Below, piece by piece: positions 19,438-32,110 of a stretch of DNA of 64,000 nucleotides (its first letter is position 1; each line of letters opens with the position of its first letter). Below the pieces are notes generated by a model. It ran no database searches. It worked only from the letters and a program-made list of their open reading frames with translations, and was not told the origin of the DNA. The stretch lies in NCBI GenBank assembly GCA_965153355.1, contig OZ231126.1, positions 19,344,001 to 19,408,000 of the forward strand, written 5' to 3'. The translations under genes and the position numbers were made by a program. The stretch is from Flaccisagitta enflata (Eukaryota).

Positions 19438-19860
19438 CTCCCCGATCTCATTGGCCTCACTAGGCTTCCAGCTTGTCGTTGACGTTGCCTATTTTCACTT
19501 CACCAACTTATCACCCCTTTAGTCACCATCACATTATCGCTAACGTCGATGTTCTGTCACCGCTCCTCAGTGGTCAATGGGTTTTTTGTTCTTTCTGTTT
19601 ATTTCTTTTTCTGTCCGTTTCTCAAGTCAGCTTCGTCATTGGACTTTCCCACATCAAAAGCCTCGTATCAAACCATAAGCGAATTGAGTAAATTCAGTTA
19701 GGAACAACGAAATTCCATTTTCGTTTTTGCACCATACTGTCACTATTGTCACTTGATAGTGTACAGGTCGACCGTTCATTGACATTTTGTCACTGGATGG
19801 CCAACTGGTGGGACTCGGTATGAATGGTACTCGATAAGTTCATCAATGATCTACCATCTC

Positions 19861-21302
19861 TTTTTAGTCGCGTGCACGCGACTCTACAACCCGCTCCGTC
19901 GGTCCGTCCGTCGGTCGGTCCGTCCGTTGGTCGGTCCGTCCGTAACACTTTGCTTTTTTGCGTCATTTTTTGTCATTTTGGGTCGTCTGGAGTTATTTTG
20001 AATCATTTGGTGTTTTTGAGAATTATTGGTTGTTTTTGGTCATTTTTTATCATTTTTATCATTTTTGGTCATTTTTGGTCATTTTTGGTCATTTTGGTCA
20101 TTTCAGTCATTTTGGCCATTTTGGTCATTTTTGATCATTTTTGATCATTTTTGTCATTTTTTTGAGCGGGCCAATCGGGCCCAATCCTCCAAATTTTGGT
20201 CATTTGGTCATTTAATCATTTGGTGTTTATTTTTGGTCATTTTTGGTCATTTTGGTCATTTTGGTCATTTTGGTCATTTTGGTCATTTTTGATCATTTTT
20301 AAGTCTGCTGGTATAAGTCTGCTGGTTTAAGTCTGCTGGTTTAAGTCTGCTGGTTTATGTCTGCTGGTTTAAGTCTGCTGGTTTAAGTCTGCTGGTTTAA
20401 GTCTGCTGGTTTAAGTCCGCTGGTTTAAGTCCGCTGGTTTAAGTCTGCTGGTTTAAGTCTGCTGGTTTAAGTCTGCTGGTTTAAGTCTGCTGGTTTGAGT
20501 TGGCTGGTTTAGGTCGGCTGGTTTGAGTTGGCTGATTTAGGTCTGCTGGTTAAGTCTGCTGGTTTTTGTCTGCTGGTTTAAATCCGCTGGTTTAAGTTGG
20601 CTGGTTTAAGTCTGCTGGTTTAAGTCTGCTGGTTTAAGTCTGCTGGTTTAGGTCTGCTGGTTTAAGTCTGCTTGTTTAAGTCTGCTTGTTTAAGTCTGCT
20701 GGTTTAGGTCTGCTGGTTTAAGTCTGCTGGTTTAAGTCTGCTGGTTTAAGTCTGCTGGTTTGGGTCTGGTTTTGGTCTGGTTTAAGTCTGGTTTAAGTCT
20801 GGTTTAAGTCTGGTTTATGTCTGGTTTAAGTTTGGTTTAAGTCTGGTTTAAGTCTGGTTTAAGTCTGGTTTAAGTCAGGTCTAAGTCTGGTTTATGTATG
20901 GTTTAGTCTGGTTTAAGTCTGGTTTGAGTCTGGTTTGAGTCTGGTTTGAGTCTGGTTTAAGTCTGGATTGAGTCGGGCTTGAGTCTGATTTAAGTCTGGT
21001 TTAAGTCTGGTTTAAGTCTGGTTTTAGTCTGGTTTTAGTCTGGTTTAAGTCTGGTTTAGGTCTGGTTTAGGTCTGGTTTATGTCTGGTTTAGGTCCGGTT
21101 TAGGTCTGGTTTAGGTCTGGTTTTGGTCTGGTTTTGGTCTGGTTTCGGTCTGGTTTAGGTCTGGTTTAATTCTTGTTTGAGTCTGGTTTGAGTCTGGTTT
21201 GGGTCTGGTTTAAGTCTGATTTTCGAGAAAAAGATATAATAAGGAGTCAGGTCAGTTCAGTTATTTTTGTCCTGCACGCGACTTATAGGTGTTGGCCTTG
21301 TT
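19861..21302 (+). mobile_element. expanded HINE type A carrying 9-10-bp, 14-bp and 11-bp tandem arrays
   Basis: perfect 18-bp palindrome AGTCGCGTGCACGCGACT at 5' end, GTCC microsatellite, 3' CACGCGACTTATAGGTGTTGGCCTTGTT. Confidence 0.8.
20301..21220. repeat. (AAGTCTGCTGGTTT)~33 followed by (AAGTCTGGTTT)~42
   Basis: direct inspection; unit switch at ~20761. Confidence 0.95.
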
Positions 21303-21770
21303 AAAATGGAAACAGATGCGTCAGATTCTCTCTCTCTAAGTTTCTATCATGAACGTTCATGAGTCTGTAGGCCGACCTAGATGGGGGAAAATGTCGCCCC
21401 AGCAGTGTCCAAATTTGGGTGTGATTGCAGTAATTAATACGTTGGCAAGATAAGCAGATAATCTTTCATTACACATAAGCCATATTTATAATCTATCTAA
21501 GTCTATATGGCTTAAAACTGGCGGCACAATTGTGATTTCTTTGGTTGTGGGAACCAGAAGTTGACCAACTGTTTAAATAAGACGTTTGGGATATCAAAGA
21601 AATAAACTGATTTGACAAATCGGTCTGCTTGCTGAGGACGAATAGTGGCGTGCAAAAATGGGCAACGCGGCAACGAAATGGAATCGGGAAAAGTGACATC
21701 TAAGAACCAGGGTTTAGAGGCTAAGGACTGCTTACCACGTGGAAAGCCTTCTCGCCGCTCTCTCGCTCTG

Positions 21771-21771
<1 letters not shown>

Positions 21772-21838
<67 letters not shown>

Positions 21839-21843
21839 CTCAT

Positions 21844-21927
<84 letters not shown>

Positions 21928-22054
21928 TTTTTCTTTCTTTCTTTTTTTCTTTCTTTCTTCGTCTGTTTGTCAGTCTTTCTTTCCGTCTAGTTTGTCCGTC
22001 TGTCTGTCTGTCTGTCCGTCTGCTGTCTGTTGTGCTGTCTTTTTTTGTCTACTC

Positions 22055-22122
<68 letters not shown>
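21772..22122. repeat. (TTTC)n/(GTCT)n/(CT)n microsatellites
   Basis: direct inspection. Confidence 0.9.
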
Positions 22123-22125
<3 letters not shown>

Positions 22126-22975
22126 TCCTTCTTAAAGATGATGGTAACCGTGGAAAGCGGGTTTGTGTGAAATTCCGTTTTTCCCATTAAGTTTCACCAA
22201 ACAGACAAGTCGATCCTTGGAATGATGATCAAGACTGCAAAACGCTTTTGGGGTTGGCAGAGAAATTTTGAAGTAAGGAAGGGAGCAATAAAATGTTTCC
22301 TCCGCCAATTCAGCCCAAAATTCTTTTATTTGCTTGGTTAAGACGGTCTCCAGACGTTCCCGGGCTGAAATTACGGTCGAAAACGGCTGGAGGGCGTCTT
22401 GGCCAAGCGAGTTGCCTTTCAGATCTATATCGAAAGGGCCGAATTGGCTTCCCTGAATATATATCTATGAATATATAAACTCGCGGAAACAATATATATC
22501 GCTGAATATATAGAACACATAAAAAACTCGTTTATGAATGTGCAAATACCAAACTGGTTGGTAGAATTCGGACTCAAAGGAAAAAAACATTAACGCTAGT
22601 CACGCTAGTCACGCTAGTCACGCGAAAGACGGTTGAGGCAAAGACGGTTGCGGAAAAGACAATTGCAGCAAAGACAATTTCTACGGTGGTGATTGCGATT
22701 ACGACGACGACGTTTGCAGCAAAGACCACGATTGCGGCAAAAACGATTGCGGCAAAGACGAATGCGGCAAAGGACGGTTGCGACGGCTGGATAGAAACGA
22801 AAAAACTCGATACGATATAACGGACACCATCTACGAGGCGCTGCGCTGACACGACGCCGCGCCGACGGTACGCTGCGTTAACGAGACGCATCAACGGTAC
22901 GACGCGACACGCCGACCTTTCGCCACGTCATCGATACATTGCGCCGTCACGCTGCCCGGAAACGACAACGCACAA

Positions 22976-23963
22976 ATGTCGACGCCAAAGTTGGACAAGG
23001 AAGCGAAAAAAAGGGGACAAAGTAGCAACCCCTGTGGCAGATGCTTGAAGGAATGTAAGCCGCAAAAGGAAGGACTATATTGCAGGATTTGCACTCAATG
23101 GTGGCACTTCACGTGCGTCGCCGAAGGAATCGTAGTCACTCCCGACATGATCGACATGGCTGATAAATTCAACCTGGTGTATGCCGACTCGAATTTCATG
23201 TGTCACACATGCAGGAGAGTGGTCCCAACGATGAACCAACAAGTGAAAGAGTTGGTAAAGGAAGTGAAGGAGGTACGAGGGGAGATGAAGGACTTGACCG
23301 CGGAGCTTCATGCAGCAAAACTCGAGAGGGACATCTTGAGAGCACTGATTGACTCAATGAAGACAGGAGCAGACCAGGTGAAGGACAAAAATGATTGGAA
23401 TGGAGAAAGAAATCGAGTCTGGCATGGAACAAGCGCTGAAGGAGGCGAAGGAAGAAGCTACGGCTGAGAAGAAGGAGCAAGAAGAAAGGGCTTCCAACAT
23501 CGCCATTTATGGGGTGAAGGAATCTGAGAAGACCACGGCAGAAGAGAAGAAAGCGGACGACGTTGCGGCGGTTATGCAAATCGCCGACGAACTGGAGGTT
23601 GAAATCCAAGGGGAAGTGGAAGCAAAGTATAGAGCGGGGAAGAAGGTGGGAGACAAACCACGACCAATGATTGTCCGAGTGGCCAACGACGAGACTCGGC
23701 AAGCGTTACTGAGAAAGGCGCACATGTTAGGAAGGAAACCACAGTGGAAGTCGGTGTACGTACAGCAGGACCTCACGTGGAAGCAGAGGGAGGAAGCGAA
23801 AAAGAGGGAGCAGAAATTGAAGGAAGAGGAGGAGGAAAAAAACGAGCAGGCAAAAAAGGATGGGAGAACGGGAGGACGATACATCAGGAAAGGATGGGGG
23901 GAGAAAAGGAAGGTGATATGGTGGTGGGATACCAGAGGAGCAATGGGAGGAGCCGAGAGTTGA
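22976..23963 (+). CDS. LINE ORF1p: PHD finger, coiled coil, RRM-like domain; extra A at ~23390
   Basis: CGRC...CRICTQWWHFTC...CHTC (PHD); NIAIYGVKE...PRPMIV...QDLTWKQRE typical of CR1/L2 ORF1; removing one A from the run at 23387-91 joins ORFs 22976..23467 and 23391..23963. Confidence 0.85.
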
Positions 23964-23968
23964 AGGTG

Positions 23969-26804
23969 ATGTTTGGAAATGTCCAAAGCATAGTAAATAA
24001 GGTCGATGAATTGAAGGCGGTGATAAGCAATGAAAAACCAGATATCATGGCTCTGACGGAAACGTGGACGCATGAGGGAATTGGAGATGAGATTTTGGCA
24101 GTAGATGGATATGAAATGATCGCGAGGGAAGACCGAAATGACACGGCGAAAGGAAGAGGAGGAGGAGTAATAGTATACTCGAAAAAAGACATAATCATTC
24201 GAAGAATTGACCAACAGTCGGCCTTCAATCAAAGCGTGTCATTGGAACTAAAAAATGGATGCGAAGTAGTAAAGATCCATGTAGTTTATCGGTCGCCAAA
24301 CTCAAATCGGGAAAATGACGTAGATCTGTGCAATTGGACAAAAAACATGAATGGGGCAAATATATTAATAGGAGATTTTAATCTCCCGGACATCGACTGG
24401 CATAACGGAACAGCAGGAAGTCGCGGACGGGACTTTCTAGAAGCAACGGAAGAAGTATTTCTGGAACAATTAGTAACGATGCCGACGCACAATAGTGGAA
24501 ACGTGTTGGATTTGGTGCTGTGTAATAGGGAAGAAATGATTAAGGAGGTCAAAACGGAGGGACGAATAGGTCGTAGTGATCACGACTTAGTGGAATTCAA
24601 GCTTTGCGTCAACATGAAAAAAAACGATCAGAACCGTGCCTTACTGAACTTCGGCAAAGCCAAATTCGCGGAGATGCGCAAGGAAATGGCCAGTGTCGAC
24701 TGGGAGGCGAGACTAGATGGGAAGACGGTAGATGAGATGTGGGTCTCTATAAGAGGGTACGTCAGAACATTGATGGACGCGCACATACCGATGAAGACAA
24801 AACGACAATGCAACGATCCCCCGTGGTTGGATGCAGAAATCAGAAGATTGATCGTGGAAAAGAAGAGGGCATGGAAAAAATGGAGAGAAACCGGAAAACT
24901 GAAAGACCAACACGAATATAAAAAAGTCGCAGAAACGAAGAAGAGAATAAGGAAGAGAAAGAATGGACATGAACGGAAAGTAGCCGAGTGTAGGCGCTCA
25001 AATCCAAAAATGTTTTACGCCTTTATAAATAAATCGAAAAAAACTCGAGTCAAAATCGGCCCATTATTAGACGAACAAAAGAGGATCGTCACGGAACCGG
25101 AAGAGCAGGCGAATGTGCTAAACCGACAATATGCGTCAGTTTTTACAGAGAGCAGTGATGAACTGCCAGAAATCGAACCAACCGCGATCGATGTGGGAAT
25201 AAACAACGTCGAGATCAATATGGAGGTTATAAAACAAGTTATCGACAAACTGAAAGAACAGTCGGCGGCTGGTCCTGATGGCATTCCCCCTCGAGTGCTG
25301 AAAGAGTTAAAAAACGAAATTGCATTGCCATTGAAAATCCTATTCAGAGAATCAATGAAAACTGGCAAAATTCCGGAGGAATGGCGCGAAGCTGAAGTGA
25401 CACCCATTTTTAAAAAGGGCAAAAAATCTGACCCAGCAAATTACAGGCCAGTGAGCCTCACGAATGTGACGGGCAAATTAATGGAGCGGGTCGTTAAGGA
25501 AGCAGTGACCGACTACTTGGAAAAAAACGCCCTTATTGTAGATGAGCAACATGGTTTTCGTGCGGGTCGATCGCCAATGACGAACATTATCGAATTTAAC
25601 AACACGACTACAAAATGGCTTGATGAAGGAAAGGCGTACGATGTGCTTTATTTGGACTTTGCGAAAGCCTTCGACAAAGTCCCTCATGATAAGCTCATAG
25701 TGAAGTTGGAAGCCATAGGAATAGGAGGAGCGCTCCTACAATGGCTCAAAGACTGGCTAAGTGGAAGACGTCAAAGGGTGAAGGTGGAAACGGCTTTCTC
25801 AGAGTGGGTGGATGTAGTAAGTAGTGTCGTGCAGGGCTCCGTCTTGGGAGGAACTCTGTTTGACATTTACATAAATGACATTCGCAAATGCATCATAGAC
25901 GCCCTCATCGTGCTATTTGCGGATGACACAAAGGTAGCGATGAAGGTGAAGGATGAAGAGGACAGGAAAAAAAATGCAAAACCTCGTCGACAAATTGCAA
26001 CAATGGGCAGAGACCTGGGGCATGGCCTTTAATGCAAGCAAGTGCAAAATCATGCATGTTGGCTTCAACAACCCGAGATTCAAATACATGATGAATGGAG
26101 AAGAAATTGGTGAATCAAACGAAGAAAAAGATTTGGGAGTCTGGATGGAGGCATCAATGAAGCCAGGAAAGCAGTGCGCGACCGCAGCGAAGGCAGCAAA
26201 CTTCACGCTGGGCCAAATCCAGAGAGCTTTCCACTTCAGGACAAAAAAGACCCTGGTGCCGCTTTACAAGTCTTTTGTGAGACCAAAACTGGAGTTTGCA
26301 GTGCAAGCCTGGAGCCTGTGGCAGGAAGGGGACAGGAGAACGCTTGAAAAAGTTCAGGAGCGCATGATTAGGATGCTCTCGGATGCGAAAGGAGGAACAT
26401 ATGAAGAAAAATTAAAAAGCGTCAATCTAACCACCTTAACGGAACGACGGGAGCGAGGAGATGTAATTGAGGCTTTCAAAACACTCAATGGAATCAACAA
26501 AGTGGACAAAAACAAGTGGTTCGGGATTGAGCAAGATGACGCAAGAGCGACAAGGCGAACTACGGAGGTTACGGAAGAAGGAGAACGTCGCCGATCAAAT
26601 GTGCTCAAGGAGGAAGCAGCCAGGTTGGAAGTGAGAAGAAACTTCTACAATATAAGGGCTGCCAAAGCGTGGAACAGAATACCGGAAGCAGTGAGAAATC
26701 AGAAGTCGACGAATGCATTCAAGAATGCATATGACAAGTGGATATGCACCGAGAAAAAACAATCAAACGGGAGTGCAGCAACGCCCTCGGACACGGCGAA
26801 ATGA
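23969..26804 (+). CDS. LINE ORF2p: AP endonuclease + reverse transcriptase; extra A at ~25970
   Basis: APE motifs GNVQS, LTETW, GDFNLPDIDW, SDH; RT motifs GPDG, NYRPVSLT, QHGFR, YLDFAKAFDKV, QGSVLG, FADD; CR1-type C-terminus EKDLGV, VRPKLEF, ERRERGD; frame is open from 23744. Confidence 0.95.
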
Positions 26805-27025
26805 TGGAGATTGCGCACCAACTAGGGGCGCAGATGGAGACAATAGGAAAAAAACGTTCTGCACACACGAACAAAAAATCGAGACGTCCCCGCCATGCGA
26901 ATGGAATATTTGCCTAGGGGAACTACTTTCTCATCTCATCATCTATCTCCACTGAGCACTCCACACTCGCCTTATCCGTGAAGTGGAATAAGAGGCCAAT
27001 CATTTGTTAATATCAATTCTTACAT

Positions 27026-27168
27026 AAACAAGGCCGGATACACGGCTACCCAAGTTGCGTGCAGGTGGGCAGGGGCCATATTAAGGCCATTCCCTCATTT
27101 GGGCAGGAGCAGTGAGGCCAAAGACCGCAAAAACCAAAAAAAAAGTAAAGTGGGACGGACCGACGGAC
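27026..27168 (-). mobile_element. HINE type A, 5'-truncated
   Basis: AACAAGGCCGGATACACGGC end and GGAC repeats. Confidence 0.7.
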
Positions 27169-27327
27169 CCTTTCTTATTGCTTCCTCGACATGGTTAGAA
27201 CTAGGTTTCTATCTCACGTTTCTTAAACGTTCTACGCGCCGATTCTGTTGGTTTGGCTTTTTGTCCAAATATTTTCCGTCATCAGTCGCGTAATGAAGGG
27301 TCATTTATGGAAACACTGCCGAATAAA

Positions 27328-27440
27328 CGTCAACGCTACGCCAACGCTGCGCCAACGCCAAACAAACGATACGCCAACCCTACGCCAACGCTGCGCCAAC
27401 GCTACGCCAATGCTGCAACGACGCTTTGCCAACGCTGCAC
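27328..27440. repeat. 11-bp minisatellite (GCCAACGCTRC)n
   Basis: direct inspection. Confidence 0.8.
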
Positions 27441-28011
27441 ATGAGTCGTGGTGTCGCAAAAATCATGAATCACAATGACAACTGATCAGTCAGTTTGCGG
27501 GGTATCCGAGTTCTTTATTGGCTCTTTTTGAGTTCTTTTTCTAGTTTGGCTATTTGTCCGGCCAACTGCTGTAAGTCACAATTTGTGAAGAAAAAAAAAC
27601 TCGAGACTAAATCCGCCCTAAGAATTGACAGTTCGTTAAGTGTTTTGTTTTCCTTGTGTTTTTATTATCTTTTATTTTTTCTCAGAACGACGTTTTACAA
27701 TCTTCATAAATGATGTCAATCTAAATTGTGACGCATCAATAAGTTGTCTTTCCACCTTGTATTCTTTCTTCCATGGTTCTCACCGTTTCAGTTTTTTTTT
27801 CCTTTTTTTTCTTTCATTTTTTCTTTTTGCCATTTGGTTTCGGGTGACACGGAGTGTCATCTTTGTTGTCGAGGAACAAACGGAGGAAATTTGAGTGATG
27901 GAGAAAACTGATTTAATGGGAAAAGATGTGGAAGATGGAAAAAGGAGAAGGAAGGAGAGAGAGAGAGAGAGAGAGAGAGAGCAAGTATAGAAAAGAAAGC
28001 AAGCAAGAACT

Positions 28012-28044
<33 letters not shown>

Positions 28045-28208
28045 ATAAATCAACTGATAAATGTGATGAGCGCTGAGCATCCCCCCAACATACTCAATCA
28101 GTCAATCACAAACCGCGCATACAGAATGCGTTGTTTAAAATTTTTTAACTCGAAGATTATGGACCAACAGACGTACCGACAGATTGATCAACAAACATAC
28201 AAAGCCGG

Positions 28209-28418
28209 GACTCTACACCCCGCTTTGTCGGTCGGTCCGTCGGTCCATCGGTCTGTCCGTCCGTCCGTCGGTCCCCCCGTCACACTTTTTTTGTTTTTTG
28301 TTTTTTTTTTTGTTTTTTTGCGGTTTTTGGCCTCACTGCTCCTGCCCAAATGATCTGGTGACCTCAAATTCTGCCCCTGCCCACCCGCACGCGACTTGGG
28401 TAGCCGTGTATCCGGCCA
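28209..28418 (+). mobile_element. HINE type A (AGTCGCG), 5' end degraded
   Basis: GACTCTACACCCCGC, GTCC repeats, CACGCGACT, GCCGTGTATCCGGC. Confidence 0.75.
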
Positions 28419-28434
28419 TCATTCAAGCGTTTTA

Positions 28435-28815
28435 TTTTTAGATGCGTGCTCGCATCTCTATAAGAGGGTCTGTCGGTCCGTCCGTCCGTCCGTCCATCCG
28501 TCCGTCCATCCATCCGTCCGTCCGTCCGTCCGTCTGTCGGTCCGTCCGTCCGGCCGTCCGTCCATCCGTCCGTCCGTCCGTCCGTCCGTCCATCCGTCCG
28601 GCCGTCCGTCCGTAACGCCTGTGCAAAAACCGTTTCTCGGCTGTTTTTGGCCTCGGTTTGATCCTGTACTGAATCAAATGATCGACAAACATGTTTTGAG
28701 AGTCTCCTTTACTACTCAGTTGTTTCATCTGTCAGTTTGTCCATCTGTATCTCCATTCGTGTCAATACACGAAGAGACACAGTCCGGACGTATCGTTGCC
28801 CGTTCGGGCTTGTTT
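28435..28815 (+). mobile_element. HINE type A, AGATGCG variant
   Basis: TTTTTAGATGCG-TGCT-CGCATCT palindrome, long (GTCC)n, 3' GACGTATC and hairpin GCCCG-TT-CGGGC then TTGTTT. Confidence 0.75.
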
Positions 28816-29068
28816 CAAAGCAATATTCATATGTACTTTAAAAAGTTAAGATATTTGGTCAGGATGCCATTTAATAAATAAAGATTTTCACTTTTAAACC
28901 AACGTGGAACGAAGAAGAACCAGTGAAATTTCAAATATACTCGAGAGTCGAATCGTAATTCTTGTTCATCTGTCTGAATTTTGATTTAGACTCGCTTTCA
29001 ATCTCAAACTCACGAATCCAGGACAAAGAAAAGGAAGGAAAAAAGAGAACGAGGCAATGATAGGAGTC

Positions 29069-29143
<75 letters not shown>

Positions 29144-29353
29144 TCTTCTTCTTCTTCTTCTTCTTCTTCTTCTTCTTCTTCTTCTTCTTCTTCTTCTTCT
29201 TCTTCTTCCTCCTCTTATTCTTCTGCTACTGCTGCTCCTTCTCCCTCTTCATTCTCCACCTCCGCGCATCTTTTCGTTTTGCCACCTTTGCCTCAGAGGA
29301 CATAAAAGCAAATGGGTTCGATCCCCGAAATTCGTGATGGTGAAAAGGAAAGC

Positions 29354-30600
29354 GTGAGAGTCAATGCCCACAGGAGGAGGGGATGCAAGTAGGAAGTAAA
29401 GCTGGGAGGCAGGAAGGTAGGAAGGAAAGTGTGAGAGTCAATACCCATAGGAGGAGGGGATGCAAGTAGGATGGAAAGCTGGGAGGCATGAAGACAGTAA
29501 GGCAGGAAGGATTGTTGGGAGGCAGGACGGCAGGGAGGAATGCTGGGAGGCAGGGAGGCAAGAACGCAGGAACGAAAGTGTGAGAGGTAATGCCCACAGG
29601 AGGCGGGGATGCAAGTAGGATGGAAAGCTGGGAGGCGGGAAGGTAGGAAGGAAAGTGTGAGAGGCAATGCCCACAGGAGTCGGGGATGCAAGTAGGATGG
29701 AAAGCTGGGAGGCATGAAGACAGTAAGGCAGGAAGGATTGTTGGGAGGCAGGACGGCAGGGAGGAATGCTGGGAGGCAGGAAGGCAGGGAGGAATGCCAG
29801 GTGGCAGGGAGGCAAGAACGTAGGAACAAAAGTGTGAGAGTCAATGCCCACAGGAGGAGGGGATGCAAGTAGGATGGAAAGCTGGGAGGCAGGAAGGTAA
29901 GAAGGAAAGTGTGAGAGTCAATGCCCACAGGAGGCGGGGATGCAAGTAGGATGGAAAGCTGGGAGGCATGAAGACAGTAAGGCAGGAAGGATTGTTGGGA
30001 GGCAGGACGGCAGGGAGGAATGCTGGGAGGCGGGAAGGCAGGGAGGAATGCTGGGAGGCAGGGAGGCAAGAACGCAGGAACAAAAGTGTGAGAGGTAATG
30101 CCCACAGGAGGCGGGGATGCAAGTAGGATGTAAAGCTGGGAGGAAGGAAGACAGTAAGGCAGGAAAGAATGTTGGGAGGCAGGACGGCAGGGAGGAATGC
30201 TGGGAGGCAGGAAGGCAGGGACAAAAGCGTGAGAGGCAATGCCCACAGGAGGCGGGGATGCAAGTAGGATGGAAAGCTGGGAGGCACAAAGGCAGGAAGG
30301 AAAGCTGGAGGGCAGGAAGAAAGGCTGGTGGGTAGGCAGAAAGACAAGCAATGCTCAGAGGATGATGTAATGCAAGCAGGAAGAAACGCAGGAAGATAGG
30401 AAGGAAGGCAGGTACGCAGGCAGAAAGACAAGCAATGCCCAGAGGATGAGACAATGCAAGCAGACAGAAATGCAGGAAGATAGGAAGGAATGCTGGTAGG
30501 CAGGCAGGAAGACAAGCAATGCTCAAAGGACAAGGGGATGCAAGCAAGCAGAAAGGCAGGAAGGTAGGCATGAAGGCTGGAAGGCAGGAAGACAAGTATT
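29354..30600. repeat. purine-rich minisatellite with higher-order structure
   Basis: GTGAGAG anchors spaced 77/149/77/177/77/177/141 bp, followed by three diverged ~84-bp units. Confidence 0.9.
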
Positions 30601-30700
30601 TTCCAGAAGATGGTGTGCAAATAGGCAGGAAGACAGGAAGGCAGGGAGACAGGCAGATAGAAGAGCAAAAATACAGAGACGCAGGCAGAGATTAAAAGGT

Positions 30701-30848
30701 AACAAGGCCGGATACACGGCCAATACCAGTTACGGACGGGTGGGCAGGGGCGGAAATGTGCGTTTTCAAACTTTTTTTTACTCATGTTCACAGATGGACC
30801 AACGGACCGACAAAGGCTCTTAAAGAGTTGCGTGTCCGCAACTAAAAA
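30701..30848 (-). mobile_element. HINE type A, AGTTGCG variant
   Basis: AGTTGCG-TGTC-CGCAACTAAAAA terminus and shared GGCCGGATACACGGC hairpin end. Confidence 0.8.
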
Positions 30849-31749
30849 TGAGGTCGTCAGGAAGAAACACAGACCGACTTTGAGACAGGCAGTTAGGAAG
30901 AAAAGTAGACAGGCCGGAAGGCAGAAAATTAGACAAGAGGAAAGTGGGCAGACAGACATACAAATAGACAAACAGACAGGCCGACAGATAATCAGTAATT
31001 CACTCAGCAAGGCGAGGCTAGGGGTGCATGAGTTCAGCAGCTGCCAGACTGAGACACGCGGGAACTAGTGAAAGCAAACACCAGCTAATAAAGAGCGCTT
31101 CTAAGTGAGAGGGTTGCACCGGTAGTAAGTGGCGGGACGACCTCATAAATTTGGGTCGGAGGAAGCGCGAAGAGCATAAGTGGAAGCGGAACGTTAAGAA
31201 TTGATATTACTATGTGTTAGTGGTAGCATTACTTGAATAAATATCTTGAGCGATTGAAATAGCACCTGTTCTACAATTATTGATGGATAAGCGCTTACAG
31301 TGAAACAACAAAAACTTCTTGTAGGCCCGGTATGATGAAACACGAATTGAAGTACCTCGCAACGTTTAGGCTACCACAATCAAAATTTCATGTTTCTGTG
31401 CCAAAAAGAATTATCGGAAAAAAAGTCGAAGTCAGTCTTTGCCTTTTTGTCGGGAAAAAAGTCGAAGTCAGTCTTCAACTTTTTGACATATTCGAGAGAA
31501 ACAGGGTTTTCATTTTCTTACGGGAAAGTTGGGAATCTCCACGGACCGAATGAGGCCTCCAATGAAATTGATAGGGTAAGTAAATTTGATAATTCTCTTT
31601 CATTTGGCGCCAAGCAGAATGCTCTATGACAAATATTTTTTGCGCTACGATTTTTTAAAGATTTATCTGCGAAAAATACAAATAAGATTTTTTTTAAATT
31701 TTTTATGATTTTGTGTAGGATCAATAAAGGAGTGTACTTATGTTTACTT

Positions 31750-32110
31750 GAGCATGCAAATTCAAAAAACATGTTTATGAGCACAGCTGCTCATCTGTCA
31801 GGGCGTTTTTGAGCATTTTAGCTCATTTAGCTCACTTAACTCAGTCTTTTTTTTCTGATTTCAAATATAATAAATAAATAAATATTTTCATACTTGATTA
31901 GGCAAGCAAATTTCATGTTAGTGAGCAGAGCTGCTCATCTGTGAGGGTATCTTTAAGTATTCTAGCTCATTTAGCTCATTTAGCTTGCTCTATTTTCTGA
32001 TTTTAGATGAATAAATCAATGTTTTGATTTAAGAATGCAAATACAAAAAAGCATGTCAGTGAGCAAAGCTGGTTGTCTGGTTGAATGATTTATAATATTT
32101 TAGCTCGTCT
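31750..32110. repeat. three degenerate ~140-bp tandem units
   Basis: recurring GCAAAT...CATG...TGAGCA.AGCTG...TAGCTC. Confidence 0.6.

Larger units (their letters stand above)
22580..26950 (+). mobile_element. CR1-clade (CR1/L2 group) non-LTR retrotransposon, near full length
   Basis: 5' UTR with 9- and 15-bp repeats, ORF1 + ORF2, short (CATCT)-like 3' tail; ends approximate, no TSD found. Confidence 0.9.

Noticed and set aside
20301-21220. Possible telomeric repeat (GGTTT-containing)
   Set aside because: Units are 14 and 11 bp, do not match TTAGG/TTAGGG, and lie between HINE termini.
29314-29330. GGTTCGATCCC B-box-like motif (tRNA or tRNA-SINE)
   Set aside because: No A-box or cloverleaf in the surrounding sequence.
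29293-31010. 352-389-aa Pro/Ser/Leu-rich minus-strand ORFs
   Set aside because: By-product of the purine-skewed minisatellite; all three frames are open.
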